DNA of 64,000 bases from Patescibacteria group bacterium UBA6489 (GTDB lineage: Bacteria > Patescibacteriota > Gracilibacteria > BD1-5 > UBA6164): assembly GCA_002435385.1 (NCBI GenBank), contig DJMN01000007.1, forward strand, positions 10,695-74,694, given 5' to 3'. The position numbers and the translations under genes are program-made. Below the pieces are notes generated by a model. That model was not told the DNA's origin. It ran no database searches and worked only from the letters and a program-made list of their open reading frames with translations. Of the stretch, positions 41,213-53,984 are shown in pieces. Every line of letters starts with the position of its first letter. Position 1 is the first letter of the stretch.

Positions 41213-42043
41213 TTAACTCTTTTTTATACCTAAAACTTTATATAAATTATCAACATACTCAATTTCCTCCAGAAGTTTCGAAATTCTCTTTTTTCTCTTT
41301 TTTTCTAAATACTTCTCCATATCTTTTAACTTCTCTTTACTTCAAGAATCCTTTACATACTTTATTGAAACCTCAGTATCTTGTATTTTTCATAATTTCT
41401 TTTGAAAAGCCCTCATTTCTTCTACTTCTTTTTCAGATAATCATAATAAATCTAACATAAGCTCACAAGTATATCTAAATTTTTTAAAAGCAACTCTAAC
41501 CTTATGTATACTTTTAGGTTTATTCTCATCTATCTTTTTTCTCAGTTCAACAAGCTTAACATAAGATTTCTCTAAACTTTTTATTATATTTTTTCTATTT
41601 ACATTCTCTAAATTATTTTCTATAACCTTTTTAAAGTTTTTTATTCAATTCTTAATACTCTTAAAATCTACTTCATTTAATGATTTTGTAGCCTCTTTAT
41701 TTAAAATAGAGTTTTTTTCTGACAGTTCTTTTGTTAAAGACTTTGAACTCTTATATTTATCTTCCAGACTAGTAAAATACTTTATTTGTACATCAGTATC
41801 TCTTGTTTGATTAAGTCATTTCAATATTTTCTTTATCTCTTTTGAAAAGTTCAAAAGGTTTTCATCTTCAATTATATCATTTACCACAGATATAGTTGAA
41901 ATCAACTTTCTAATAGAAATTCTGAAATTATGAATATTGTCTTGAGAATAAGACTTCATGGCTAATTCCAATTCCTCTAAGAAAATATCAGCATTTTTAT
42001 ATGCAGAATCTATGAATTTTTTTATTTCTTTTTCTTTTGCCAT
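41213..42043 (-). CDS. CHAD domain-containing protein
   Basis: NIHNFRISIRKL and IHKVRVAFKKFRYTCEL match the CHAD HxxRxxxKKxRY signature. Confidence 0.6.
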
Positions 42044-42111
42044 AGGTAATAATTATAAATGTAAGAGAATTATCTATACTATATAATCACTAAGTTAAAA
42101 ATCAAGATTAA

Positions 42112-42810
42112 TTATATTTTTAATGTTGTTTTTTGAATTAATATTTTAGTTTTCATAACAAGTAATTTATTTTTATAAGAATCATTTTTTTCTAATCTAT
42201 AAACAATTTCTTTTTCTAATAAATCCAATTCATAACGATCTAAGGCACTAAGCTCTAGGTTGTCTATAGGTAATAATAGTAATGAATTAAGTAGTTTTTT
42301 TATATGTTCTATAATAACATTATCTTCTCTCATTAATGCATATATTTTTCTAGAGCATTTATGTGGGGGAATATTTATCTCTAAATTTATACTTCTTAGT
42401 TTTTCCTCTAAATGCTTTTTTATTTCTCTGAGAAACATAATTTTTATTTCAAATTTATTAAGGGACTTTTTTAGTCAATCTAGAGTATCTATTCTAATTT
42501 TTGGAGAGGGGGCTTCATTATTTTTTGAGAGTGATAAATTACTATTTACTGCTAATGCTGTATCTATTCTGATTTTTAGGTTTAATACATTCCATAGTTC
42601 TGAATCTAAATAATTCCATAATTGTAATAGTTGAGATTTTAAGTTATCCTGATTTGTCATAGAATTAATTATATTCTTTATTATTTCTAAATTTTTTTCT
42701 AATTCTTCTGGATATTTTTCAGCAATAGAAATTAAATTAGAGACTATTTCTAAATATTTATTATTAAAAGTAGAAATCTTTTTTTGGGGTAACAACTCTT
42801 CTGATATCAT
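42112..42810 (-). CDS. hypothetical helical protein (232 aa)
   Basis: ORF-track ORFs 42475..42810 and 42112..42438 are in one frame, joined through TGA 42475-42477. Confidence 0.5.
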
Positions 42811-42989
42811 ATAAATATTATGTATAAAAAAATAAGTCTCTTTTTTTATATAAAAAAATAAAAATATGTCAAAAAATAAAAGATAAAAATATCAAGCCAA
42901 AAGATTATCTATTACTTGTCTAATCATATTTTTTTAGTAAACTGAAAACTAATTATCAAAGGTTCTCTATTTATTCTCAAATTTAGAAT

Positions 42990-44762
42990 ATGAAAAACCA
43001 TCAAAAAGCCTTTACTTTAACTGAGTTGATAATAGCTATAGTTATAGTATCCATACTTGGAACTATAGCCTTTATTTCTATAAAATGATACAGTAAAAAT
43101 GCTAGAAATTCAGTAAGAAAAGAGGATATATGAAAGATAAAACAATCTTTAGAAATATATGGTATTCATACTTGATTTTATCCTCCACCAACAGATGGAG
43201 TTCAAGTTACTTATAATTGAGCAGAAATTTGGACTCAATGAGTTATTTGAAAAAGAGTTATTGATGTGATTGACTTATTACCAAAAGAAATATTTGATCC
43301 ATTAACATCGTTACCTTATACATATTCAAGGCTAAATACCAAGACAGAATATGAATTAGCAGCAATACTAGAAGATGAATTAGTATTTAATGGTTGAATA
43401 AATTTGATAAACAAAGCATATGCTTGAGGTCAAGAAGGAGTGGCATATGTTAAGTGAGATTATAATTGAGTGGTTGCAAATGTAAGTTCATGATCAAATA
43501 CTTACATATTAGCAATTCCAACAATCATATCATCAGATTTAGAAATTACAGATATATTGGAACTTCAGAGTTTTAATAAACTAGTTTATCATGAAAAGAA
43601 TAATTTACCATACAATTATAAAAATTCTCAATTTAACATAAATTGATGATGATTTATTTATAACCCAGGTACTATACTTGCCTATGAATGAAAGGTAGAG
43701 AGCTTAAATGATACAAACAATCAAATAACACTATTAGGTAATTTGAAAAGAATTTATACTTGAACAGAATTAGAACACTTAAACAAAACTATAGAAAATA
43801 TAATAAAATCAGTGATGAATCCAACGTGTACATCTGAGGAATCAAAAAGACTAGCAAGCCTGATTGTTAAAAATGGGATAAATAACCAATTAAAAGTATA
43901 TGAAACAAGTTGAGCTTGAGGACCTTGTTCTGTAAATACATTCATATCAGATTGGAAAACAGATAATTCTGGGGTAACTAACAGTAATCAAATAAAATTA
44001 CCTCTTCAAAATGATTGAAACTATAACTTTACCGTAGAACGGTGAGATTGAACCTCTAATATAATAACAGCATATAATCAATCAGAAGTAACTCATACTT
44101 ATTCTGTTGCATGAACCTATCAAGTTACAATAAGCTGAGAAATAGATTGATTTGCATTTAATAAATGAAGTACATGAAGTGATGATTTAGATGATTGAGA
44201 TAAATTAATTGATATAAAGCAGTGGTGAAATTTAAAGCTTTCAGATTGATGAGGACAATTCTCACATGCTGAAAATTTCATTATTTCTGCTATGGATACT
44301 CCAGATTTAAGTAATGTTACAGATATGAGTTATATATTTCGTAATGCAACTTCATTTGATGGTAATATCTGATGATGGGATTTAAGTAATGTTTCTAACC
44401 TAGAATCAGCATTTAGATGAGCAACATCATTTAACCAGAATATATGAGCTTGGGATATTTCAAATGTTATTGATATGGATAATTTATTTTTATGAGCGAC
44501 TTCATTTGATAAATATATCTGATGATGGAATGTTTCAAAGGTTACTTCAATGATTTCAATGTTTTCAAATGCAACTTCATTTAATCAAAATATAAGTAAC
44601 TGGAATGTTGGCAATGTAAAAAGTATGAATACTATGTTTGACTGAGCATCATCATTTGATCAAAATATATCTTGATGGGATGTAGATAAAGTAGTTAATC
44701 ACTCTGGTTTTGATAATAACACATCACCAAGTTGGACCGCAGAAGAAAAACCTAACTTTTAA
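42990..44762 (+). CDS. prepilin-type N-terminal domain protein fused to DUF285/BspA-like repeats (590 aa)
   Basis: MKNHQKAFTLTELIIAIVIVSILG (type IV pilin class III signal). C-terminal repeats ATSFDGNIGGWDLSNV, ATSFNQNIGAWDISNV, ATSFDKYIGGWNVSKV, ATSFNQNISNWNVGNV. Confidence 0.75.
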
Positions 44763-44792
44763 GTGATGAACCTTAAATGAAAATAGAAAGTA

Positions 44793-44896
44793 AGAAATTA
44801 GAAAAATAATAATAAAATGAACTGTTAGAAAATTTATACTAAGATTAATTGTAAAAAATCTTCTCCTGTGAATGTATTATTATTTTTCTAATTTCT
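44793..44896 (+). repeat. structured ~105-nt intergenic element, copy C (subfamily 1)
   Basis: About 90% identical to 2558-2660. Confidence 0.8.
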
Positions 44897-44937
44897 GGAT
44901 ATATTTAAAATATTATAATAAAAAAATATAAAAACTT

Positions 44938-46416
44938 ATGAAAAAATATTTATTAGAGTTAACCGTATTTATTTGTTGAGCGGTAGTTATGATCTTTGAG
45001 GTAGTTGGTTCTAGAGTAATCTGACCATATCTCTGAACCAGTATAATAGTTTGGACAAGTATAATCTGAGTAATACTTTGAAGCCTTAGTTTGTGATATT
45101 ATCTATGAGGAAAAATAGCAGATAAAAAAGCAACTAAAAAATGACTATCTATGATAATATTTTATGGAGTTATATTTATGTTTATAACATATGTATTAAA
45201 AGATTTTTTGCTTATATTTCTACAAAACAGTATAAGAGATTTAAGAATAAATTCAGTTATTTCATCAATTATACTATTTGCCCCAGTAAGCATTTATTTA
45301 TGAATAGTTTCTCCCTATGCAGTAAAATTAAAAATAAAAAATCTAGAGACCTCATGAGAATCAGTATGAAACCTTTATGCAATTTCAACACTATGAAGTA
45401 TATTTTGAACATTTATCTCAGGGTTTTATTTAATCCCAATAATGTGAACAAACAATATACTAGTTTTATTAATGTTATTACTTCTTATAGTTTCTTTTTT
45501 CTTATCAATCAAATGACTTTTATACTTTAGACTATTTTTTTTATTAATTATCACTTCTAGCTTTTTTTTTAACCACACTATAAAAGAATTAAATGCAAAA
45601 AATAATTTTTTTGATATAGATACTTCATATAATAGAGTTTGGATAGGGGAATATACATTAAACTGAGAAAAGATAAAAAAAATGTGAATAAATAACGAAT
45701 GGAGCTCCGCAATGAGTTTAACTTGAACATGATTAGTTTTTGATTACACAAGATTTTATGATTTGCTTTCATATTTCAATCCAGATTTTCAAAAAACTCT
45801 GATGATATGATGAGCAGGATATTCTTACCCAAAACATTATCTAGAAAAATATAAATGAAAAAAAATAGATGTAGTAGAAATAGACCCAGAATTAACAGAA
45901 ATAGCAAAACAACATTTCAATCTCAAAGAAAATGAAAATTTAAAAATAATTCATGAAGATGGTAGAGCTTACCTAAATACAACAAAAGAGAAATATGATA
46001 TTATACTCTGAGACGCCTTTAAATCACATTATTCTCTTCCTTACCAACTAACAACAAAGGAAGCAATAGAAAAGATGTATAACATACTAGATTCAGACTG
46101 AACAGTTATTGTAAATGTCATATCGGCCATAGAATGAGACTCATGAGAATTTCTAAGAGCAGAGTATAAAACATATAAAGAGATATTTCCACAGGTTTTT
46201 TTATTTACGGTACAAAAAAAAGATTCTCCGAATCTCCAAAATCTAGTACTCGTAGCAACTAAATCAAACAAAAATTTTGACTTTAAATCAGAAAATAAAA
46301 AAATACAAAGCTACTTAGATAACCTGCGGACAAAAAAAATAGATGATGACATAGCAATTTTAACTGATGATTATGCACCTGTAGATTATTATATATCTAA
46401 AACAATAGGGGATTAG
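44938..46416 (+). CDS. membrane-fused spermidine synthase-like protein
   Basis: N-terminal multi-TM region followed by MIGGAGYSYPK, VVEIDPEL, IILGDAF (SpeE-like methyltransferase fold). Confidence 0.65.
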
Positions 46417-46442
46417 CTTTTTACTTTATAATTCTTCCAAAC

Positions 46443-46937
46443 ATGCCATTATTATTTTTATTTATATATTTAGTTTTATCTCATATAATTTATTTACAAA
46501 AAAAAGATGATATATTTACCATTTCACAAACGGTTAGGATAACATGATTTGTTGCTTTTATTTTATTATTTCTTTTTTGTATATACTATGGGTTAAAATT
46601 CCCAACTAGTAACAGATTTTTTTATATGCTTTATACCTTATTTATTTGTTATTTTTTAGTTTTTACATTTTATGTAATAAGATATAGAAAGTCATTGAAA
46701 ATTAATTTGGAAACTATTAAAAATGTATCTGGTAATAGTAATTGAGTAACAATAAAATATATTAGTAAAAAATATTCAATAATTTTGCTTGTTTTAACTT
46801 TTATTTGTTTTGTTTATTATTGGCCCTATTCTCATATTCCTAAATGAGACGGTATAATATTACTTTTGCATTTATTTCTTATATCCTCAAGTATTTATAT
46901 GTTTTTTGAAGAAAAATTATTATCAGTGAAGGAATAG
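46443..46937 (+). CDS. hypothetical multi-TM membrane protein (164 aa)
   Basis: ATG..TAG in frame with TGA=Gly. Hydrophobic. Confidence 0.4.
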
Positions 46938-46956
46938 TTATTAAAAAAAATTAAAA

Positions 46957-46990
46957 AGAAAAACCGCTCCCCAAAGGGGAACGGTTTTTA
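46957..46990 (-). terminator. GC-rich rho-independent terminator of the islet gene
   Basis: Minus strand: aaaaaccgttcccc-ttt-ggggagcggttttt followed by a T-run. Confidence 0.7.
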
Positions 46991-47049
46991 GTTTTGCAGT
47001 ACCCAGAGACTTGTTTAGTCCTAGGTACTTACAGAAGGTCGCTGGAGAG

Positions 47050-47337
47050 CTACAGGAATCAGACTTTGTTCATAACGTAAATGATTCCTTGGGTAATCAA
47101 AATTGCACCAGCAATTCCGATAATGGTATATAGGGCGACCTTGATGATCGGCAGCAATAACGCTGCTACTACTACCACAATAGACATTGCAACGGCAAGA
47201 CGTCTATTGGAATCAGGGCGACGCTGATGGAACAAAACGAAATTTTCGACGCTCAGCAGCTTATTCCCTTCTTCGATTCCCATAAACGAACGTAACCATG
47301 CAACCAAGGAAGCCAACATAATTTTCACACGACTCAT
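47050..47337 (-). CDS. small 2-TM membrane protein on a compositionally foreign islet
   Basis: 92-aa TGA-free ORF with clearly higher G+C than its flanks and an AAGGTGA RBS. Its standard stop is TGA (47059-47061). Under code 25 it reads on for 3 codons (G-F-L) to TAG 47050-47052. Confidence 0.6.
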
Positions 47338-47526
47338 AATTTCACCTTACCTTTCTGTTTTTATGGATGCCTATATTATTACTTCCTGAAAATACTATAA
47401 TTAAAAAAAAACAAAAGTAAAGTTTTTTTGTAAAAATCTTTTTTGTTATGATTTTTTAGTGTTCTTACACCATTCTTACATACCATAAATATAATACATA
47501 GCTAATTAATCCTTTAGCTATTTTTT

Positions 47527-49041
47527 ATGAAAAAAATATTATTAATTATATTCGTTTTTATCGTTTCATTGAAGCAAACCTTTGCAGTTCCTCCACCAGA
47601 ATTTATAATGCAAGTTGTTTCAAACCTATGAATCTACTTTGCTATAGCCTTTACATTTCTATGAAGTATCTTCTTAGCTTTCTACAATTTTATAAAAGTA
47701 AAATTTTTTAGCTCAAAAAAGAAATTTATCTTTACATCTATCTTAATGATTTTAGTAATATCTTTTTGATGAGCATACTTTTATGATGAATACCAAAAAT
47801 CAAAACAAATAGAAGCATTTGAAAACAGCAACCTATTTCAAGCAAACCTTTCAGAAACAGATTTAGAAAACCAGAGAATAGCAAATATAAAGAAAATGCA
47901 AGAGCAAGAAAAATTTCTAGAAAAAGAAAATGAACTTTTAATAAAAAAAGAAAAAATAATTGAAAGTACTTGAGCAAATATCGAAGAGAAAACAAATGAA
48001 GAAAATATTGAAAAAAAATGAACTGGTAATGTAGAAAAAACAGAAAAGCAACCCAAAGTTTCAGAAAAATCAAAAATAGATACAGAAATTGAATTCCTAG
48101 AATGATACTATAACGATATATGAGAAAAAAACTTAAAGCAAGCTTATGAAAAATCTTCAAAAAAAGTTTCATTTTCAACCTACTACAGTCGGTACAAAGA
48201 TGTAGAAAATGCAAAAATCAATGGAATAAAAAAAGTTGAATGAACTGAAAATAAATATCTTGTAGATGTTAACTTAACTGAAAAATGAGAAACAACAAAC
48301 TATAAAGTTACAAAAAGTATCTGATGACATGAAGAAGGAAGTTTAAAAATATTAGCATCAGAAACTTTATCTAGCTTCAATTTATCTAAATGATACGATT
48401 ACATAACTAATGCACAACTAAAACAAGAAATAGATTCATGAAAAAACGATTATATAATTTTAGATGCTAGGGAAGACCTAGAAGTAGAAGTTGGTCGTAT
48501 GCCTTGAAGTACACATATAAGATTTGCAGATTTAAAAAATTGAGAATATCAAACCTTAGATAAAAGTAAAATAGTTTATGTTTATTGTCGGTCTTGAATC
48601 AGATGAAAAAAAGTTACAAGTTTTTTAAAAGAAAAATGATTAAAATCAAAATATATAGAAAATTGAGCGAGTTCATGGTATGCTTTTTGAGGTTATTGGG
48701 AATGAAAAATTAAAGTTTCAAGTGTTTATACTCAAGACTACTATTGGAAAGTTTTCATGAAACAAGAATTAGATGAAAAATTAAAAGAAGGAGCTTTCCT
48801 AATAGACTCTAGATGAATAGAAGAAAATAAAAAATGACATCCTACTTGAGCAATAAATGTACCTTTAGTTGATTTGCCAAGATGAGATTGGGACTGATAT
48901 ATACAAAAGATTCCTGAAAAATCAGAGATTATAACGATATGCGATGGTTATGTAAACTGCTTTTATGCAAAAATAGTTTGAATAGAGTTAGAAAAAAGAG
49001 GTTACAAATACATATGAGTGCACTCCTTAACTTATAATTAA
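47527..49041 (+). CDS. membrane-anchored coiled-coil protein with two C-terminal rhodanese-like domains
   Basis: ILDAREDLEVEVGRMPGSTHI...VYVYCRSGIRGKK and LIDSRGIEENKKGHPTGAINVPL...ITICDGYVNC. Confidence 0.65.
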
Positions 49042-49542
49042 AAAAACTTAAAAACAAATTTGTATTTTTTATACTTTTGATTATCTTTAGTTTATCCTTT
49101 ATCAAAGCTTATTATCATAAAGAAAAAATAGCTAAAAATAAAATAAATTAATTTTACAGTTGAAAAAATTAAGGAAACTTAGATGATTAAAGTTAAAAAA
49201 ATTAAGCCAAAGGATATCAGAGTAAAAAAACTAGAGAGAGAAATTGGTGTGCTTTTGAAATAGAAAAACAGAAACGTAAATAAATTAAAAAGATAAAAAA
49301 TTATCTAAAAAAACAACTTTTAGATAAATAAAATAACAAAATTTTAGAAATCTTACTAAACATACTTATAGACAAAAACATTATATAATTCATATTGGTA
49401 ATTATCTATGTGTGACATAATTTATCCCGTTTCTAGATAGGTAAATTAGATTCTTTATCAAAATATATTAACCAAAAATATCAAAAATCAGATAGTTTTT
49501 TTATGAGATAACTCAAAATTAACTCATAAAAATAGAAAAGAT

Positions 49543-51528
49543 ATGTGAAACAAAGGAAAAAATTTGAAAATTCTAAAAGAAAATGGTTTTCTAATACCAG
49601 ACTTCTTAATACTTTGAATGGATGACAATTTCAAAGAAAAATTAGAAAAATTAGATCAAACAAAAAAATATGTAGTTAGATCTAATATGCTTGTAGAAGA
49701 TTCAAAAAACAGCTCTTTTGCAGGACAATTTAAAACCCATATAGATTTAGATTTTAATGAGATAATATCTTCAATAGAGGATATCATTTCTGATGCAAAG
49801 AATAAATGACTATCAGACAAACAAATATATGTAATTGTTCAAGAATATATAGATTTTAATTATTCATGAATAGTGTTCTCTAGAAATCCAAATGGAAACT
49901 CAGAGATGCTTATAGAGTATCATAAGTGAATTTGAGAAGATGTGGTATCTTGAAAAGTTATTCCAGAAGAGGTATGAGTTTACCACTTTGAAAAAAATTA
50001 TTCTAGTAAATTCTGAAAATTAAAGAACTCATTATGAAAAAAAGGAATAATAAAATTTGTTAAGTCAATCAAACAAATAGAAAAGATATTTAATTTCCCA
50101 CAAGATATAGAATGGTGAATTAAATGAAATAAACTATATTTTTTACAATCAAGAGACATAACAACTATAACAGAAAAAAACTTTAGAGAAGTACTATTTT
50201 TAGATAACTATATAAAAAAAGAAAACGAACAAAGTTTTTTATATGAAAAGACAGAAGTTTCAGAAATTATTCCAAAGGTGTCAGAATTTTCTTTTTCACT
50301 ACTAAAAATGATTTATGGTTTTAACTGACCTATATCAAAGTTTTACAAAAGTAAAGGTATTGAAATTACTCATGGTAAGATTCTAAAAATAATATGAAGA
50401 GATTTGTTTATAGATAAAGAGGAGGAACTAAATAATATATTTCCAAGTATTACATATTTTAAGGAAAAATATAAGACTAAGACTGTTTTTTGAAGAAATA
50501 TTATTAGAACACTAAAAAATATTTATAGAATAAATTCTATAAAATTTGATAGCTACAAGGCTTTAACAGATATAACAAATATAATTAAGTCTTTAAAAAA
50601 TACAGATATAAATAAGTTAAATTTTGAAAAAATATTAAGTATCTTTATAAAAAATTATCAAACAATCTTTTATATAAACTACTTTACCCAAAAAAGTATG
50701 GCTCAAAATGATATTTATAAAAGAAAATTTTGAGTAAACCTTTTTGATTTTTTGGATACCTCACTAGTAAAAGATAATAGTCTATTAGAAATTAAAAATT
50801 TACTAAAAAATATAGACCTATCTCAAACTAAATGAAATTCTTTAGATATACTTGATAGCACAGATTTTCAAACCAATTTCTTAAATAAAGAAACTAAAAA
50901 TTTACCAGAAAAATACAGAAATATAAAATTCTGGAAAAAAAGATTTATATCAAAAAATATTGATTCCTTTCAGTTTTTTAATGACCTAAGAGAAATCTGA
51001 AGAATATTAACAGTTCTTGGTATGAATCTGATTAGGAAAAAGTTAGAGATATTGTTTACAGAAAATTCTTTGAATACAGAATTGATTCCTTTTATAAAAA
51101 TTTCTGAAATCTTTGAAAATGATTTTGACAAACAAATTTTAATAAAAAGAAGAGATGATTTTTATGTTTATAGTAGATACACTTTTCAGAATAAGATATC
51201 TGACACTTATATAAAAGAAAAAGATTTAGGAATTAATGTTTTATCAAGCTGAAAAGCAATTTGAAAACTAGTAGATTTAGAATATTTAAATAATTCCTAT
51301 AAAGAATCTGAGAAATATATACTTTATACTAGAACATTAAACCCAAATCTAGTTGATTATTTTGATAAAATAGAATGAATTATTTCAGAAAAGTGAGGTA
51401 ACTTATCTCATCTTGCTATTATGTGTAGGGAATACCAAATTCCTTTAGTAGTAACTGATATAAAAAAATACTGAATAAAAAATGGAGATTCCATAGAAAT
51501 AAATGAAGAAGATATTGTTTTATTATAA
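49543..51528 (+). CDS. PEP/pyruvate-binding plus PEP-utilising mobile-domain enzyme (PpsA-like)
   Basis: GNKGKNL, VRSNMLVEDSKNSSFAGQF, QDIEWGIKGNKLYFLQSRDIT, C-terminal GGNLSHLAIMCREYQIPLVV. Fragments 49618.. and 51022.. are in the same frame. Confidence 0.7.
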
Positions 51529-51575
51529 ATATTTTGTATAATAAATTTGTTTTTAAATGAATCTAAAAAGTAATT

Positions 51576-51681
51576 AAGCTGTAAAAAATAAAAATTAAAC
51601 GAGGTGTTATAATGATTTTATACTAAAAATAATTTGTAGAAAAATCTTATCTTCCGAGTGTATTATTATTTTTTATTGCGG
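51576..51681 (+). repeat. structured ~105-nt intergenic element, copy D (subfamily 2)
   Basis: About 90% identical to 23435-23540. Confidence 0.8.
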
Positions 51682-51718
51682 TACATCTATTTCAAAATAT
51701 TTTTTACCTATTTATGTT

Positions 51719-52399
51719 ATGCAAGATAAAATAAAAACTCATTTTTCAAAAACTGTAGCAGACTATGATACGGTCGCAGATGATGTTGTTTTTAAAAATA
51801 ATGAATTACATAGAGAACTTGTTAATGCAGTTCCTTTTGAAAAGAATAGGGAACTAGAGATTTTAGACTTAGGTTGCTGAACAGGGCATGGTATGGAAGT
51901 AATATTAGAAGAGTATCCAAAAGCTAAAATTACAGGAGTTGATTTTTCTGCAACAATGATACAAAGAACTAAGGAAAATTTATCTTACCTTTCAAACAGG
52001 ATAGATTTATGGGAATCAGATTTTATGGAATTTGAATTTGAAAAGAGGTATGACGTGGTAATATCTGCTGTAGCAATACATAACATAACACATGAGGAGA
52101 AAAAAGTATTATTTGAAAAAATATATGATTGTTTAAATGATTGAGGAGTATTTATAAATGCCGACTTTTATGAACATGAGTCAGATTCTGTAAATGAAAA
52201 ATTAAAAAAAGTTTATAGAAAATATCTAGAACAAAATTTAAATTGAGAAGAACTTGAAGTATGGTTAAGACATGCCTTTGAGGAAGATATGCCAATGTCT
52301 TTAAGTAAACAAGAATCTATCTTAAAAAAAGTATGATTTAAAGAATTCAATTTATGTTGGCTTTTCAACAATGAAGCAGTTTATATTGCTAAGAAATAA
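51719..52399 (+). CDS. class I SAM-dependent methyltransferase
   Basis: ILDLGCGTGHG (one Gly is TGA), GVFINADF. Confidence 0.7.
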
Positions 52400-52438
52400 A
52401 AAAAAACTATTTCCAAAAATTTGGAAATAGTTTTTTTT
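52398..52438. terminator. bidirectional terminator shared by convergent genes
   Basis: aaaaaaaactatttccaa-aaat-ttggaaatagtttttttt. It overlaps both stop codons. Confidence 0.7.
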
Positions 52439-53000
52439 ACCCCTTCCTCAAGTACTCAACCTCTAAACTATCTCAAACAAACTCAAATATATCAGAAGGA
52501 ACAACATGAGGTAATACCAATCTATTATCAGCAAGTATTTCAACCTGGTTGCTCTTAATATAGTAATCAAATCTTTCTTTTACCTCTTTAGTAGAATATA
52601 ATTCTTTCTCTCAAGAAAAATTAGCACTAGTTAAAAAAATAGGTCATGTTTTTTTTATTAAATCTCTTTGAGTGTCACTATGAGCAACTCTAAAGGCAAT
52701 TTTTTTGTACAAATCCTTATTTCTAAATCAGATTTCTTCTTCTGATTCATAATTAAGCCATAAAGAAACACTATCACAATCAGTTAAAACCGTAAAAGGT
52801 CTCTCATACTCCTTTAAAAAAGTTATCTGTTCAGATGTTAAAGTTGTATGTTTCTTTAACCAATTAAAATCTCTGACCATTATTGCCAAAGGTTTATCAA
52901 AACCTCTCTTTTTTATCTTATAAATCTTTTCATATCATTCAACATCATCAATTGAACATCAAAGTCAAAAACAAGTATCAGTTGGAATCAGGTATAACAT
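52437..53000 (-). CDS. tsaC: L-threonylcarbamoyladenylate synthase (TsaC/YrdC family)
   Basis: LIPTDTCFGLGC, GPIFLTSANFSGEKE. Confidence 0.75.
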
Positions 53001-53045
53001 AATTTATTTTTAGTAATTAAAAATTTCTAAGATGAACACATAGAT

Positions 53046-53152
53046 TCCCCCCTACAATAGAAACAACCTGTAGTGGCAGACCTATGTATCTGCCCCAAAA
53101 ACATAACTTTCTCCCCCCTCCTTAGCAAGGAGGGGGTTAGGGGGGGGGGTAA
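53046..53152. repeat. GC-rich palindromic repeat cluster
   Basis: ggcagacctatgtatctgcc, and ctcccccctccttagcaaggagggggttaggggggggg (an inverted copy of 58518-58552). Confidence 0.7.
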
Positions 53153-53154
53153 TT

Positions 53155-53871
53155 TTACTTTATCGGATTCTTCAAAGGCTCTCAAACTTTTCTAGGATAA
53201 TTTTTATGAGTCTGAAACTTTTTCTCTATGAAAATCAAAGTTCTTTTTTGCTCTCAAACCCTATAGTTTTTAACTTTCAATATCTTTGCTCACAATCTTG
53301 ATAAAGCTTTTTTAGCAGACTTAAGTTCCTCTTTATCATCAAGCTTATAAGCTACAAATATTCATCAAATCTTTAGTAAAGGAACAGCATACTCAAGCAA
53401 TGTAGGTAAAAATGAAACTGCTCTACTCACAACAAAGTCAAATTTTTCTCTATATTCCATATCTTGTCAGATATCTTCGGCTCTTCAATTCAAAGTCTTC
53501 ACATTATTTAAATCAAGTTCTTCTGTAAATCATTCTACAGCCTTCAACTTTTTTCAAACAGAATCCATAAGGATAAAATCAACATCAGGATTTATTATAG
53601 CCAAAGGAACTCAAGGAAATCATCAACCAGTTCATAAATCAGCAACTTTTATTCTATCATTAGAATTAGTTAAACAACCCTCCTTAAAATCTAGAAAAAC
53701 ATTCAAGATAATAGAATCAATAAAATGTTTTTCTATTATAGCTTCATCTTCTCTTATCGCAGATAAATTTATTTGACTATTCTTTTCCTTAAAAATTTCT
53801 AAAAATCTTTTAAACTTATCTATCTCATTATCAGATAACTCAATATTATATTTTTCAAATATCTCTTTCAT
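53155..53871 (-). CDS. rsmG: 16S rRNA (guanine527-N7)-methyltransferase
   Basis: INLSAIREDEAIIEKHFIDS, ADLGTGGGFPG (TGA-encoded Gly). 238 aa. Confidence 0.8.
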
Positions 53872-53942
53872 TTTTATTAGTTTATTTATATAGTTCTAAT
53901 TCCTCTCCATTCATTATATTTCTTTTGCTCACTTTTCGCTTT

Positions 53943-53974
53943 TCCCCTTATTAAGAGGGAATTAAAGGGGGGGG
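53943..53974. repeat. GC-rich palindromic unit
   Basis: tccccttattaagagggaattaaagggggggg. Confidence 0.5.
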
Positions 53975-53984
53975 ACAAATTCTT

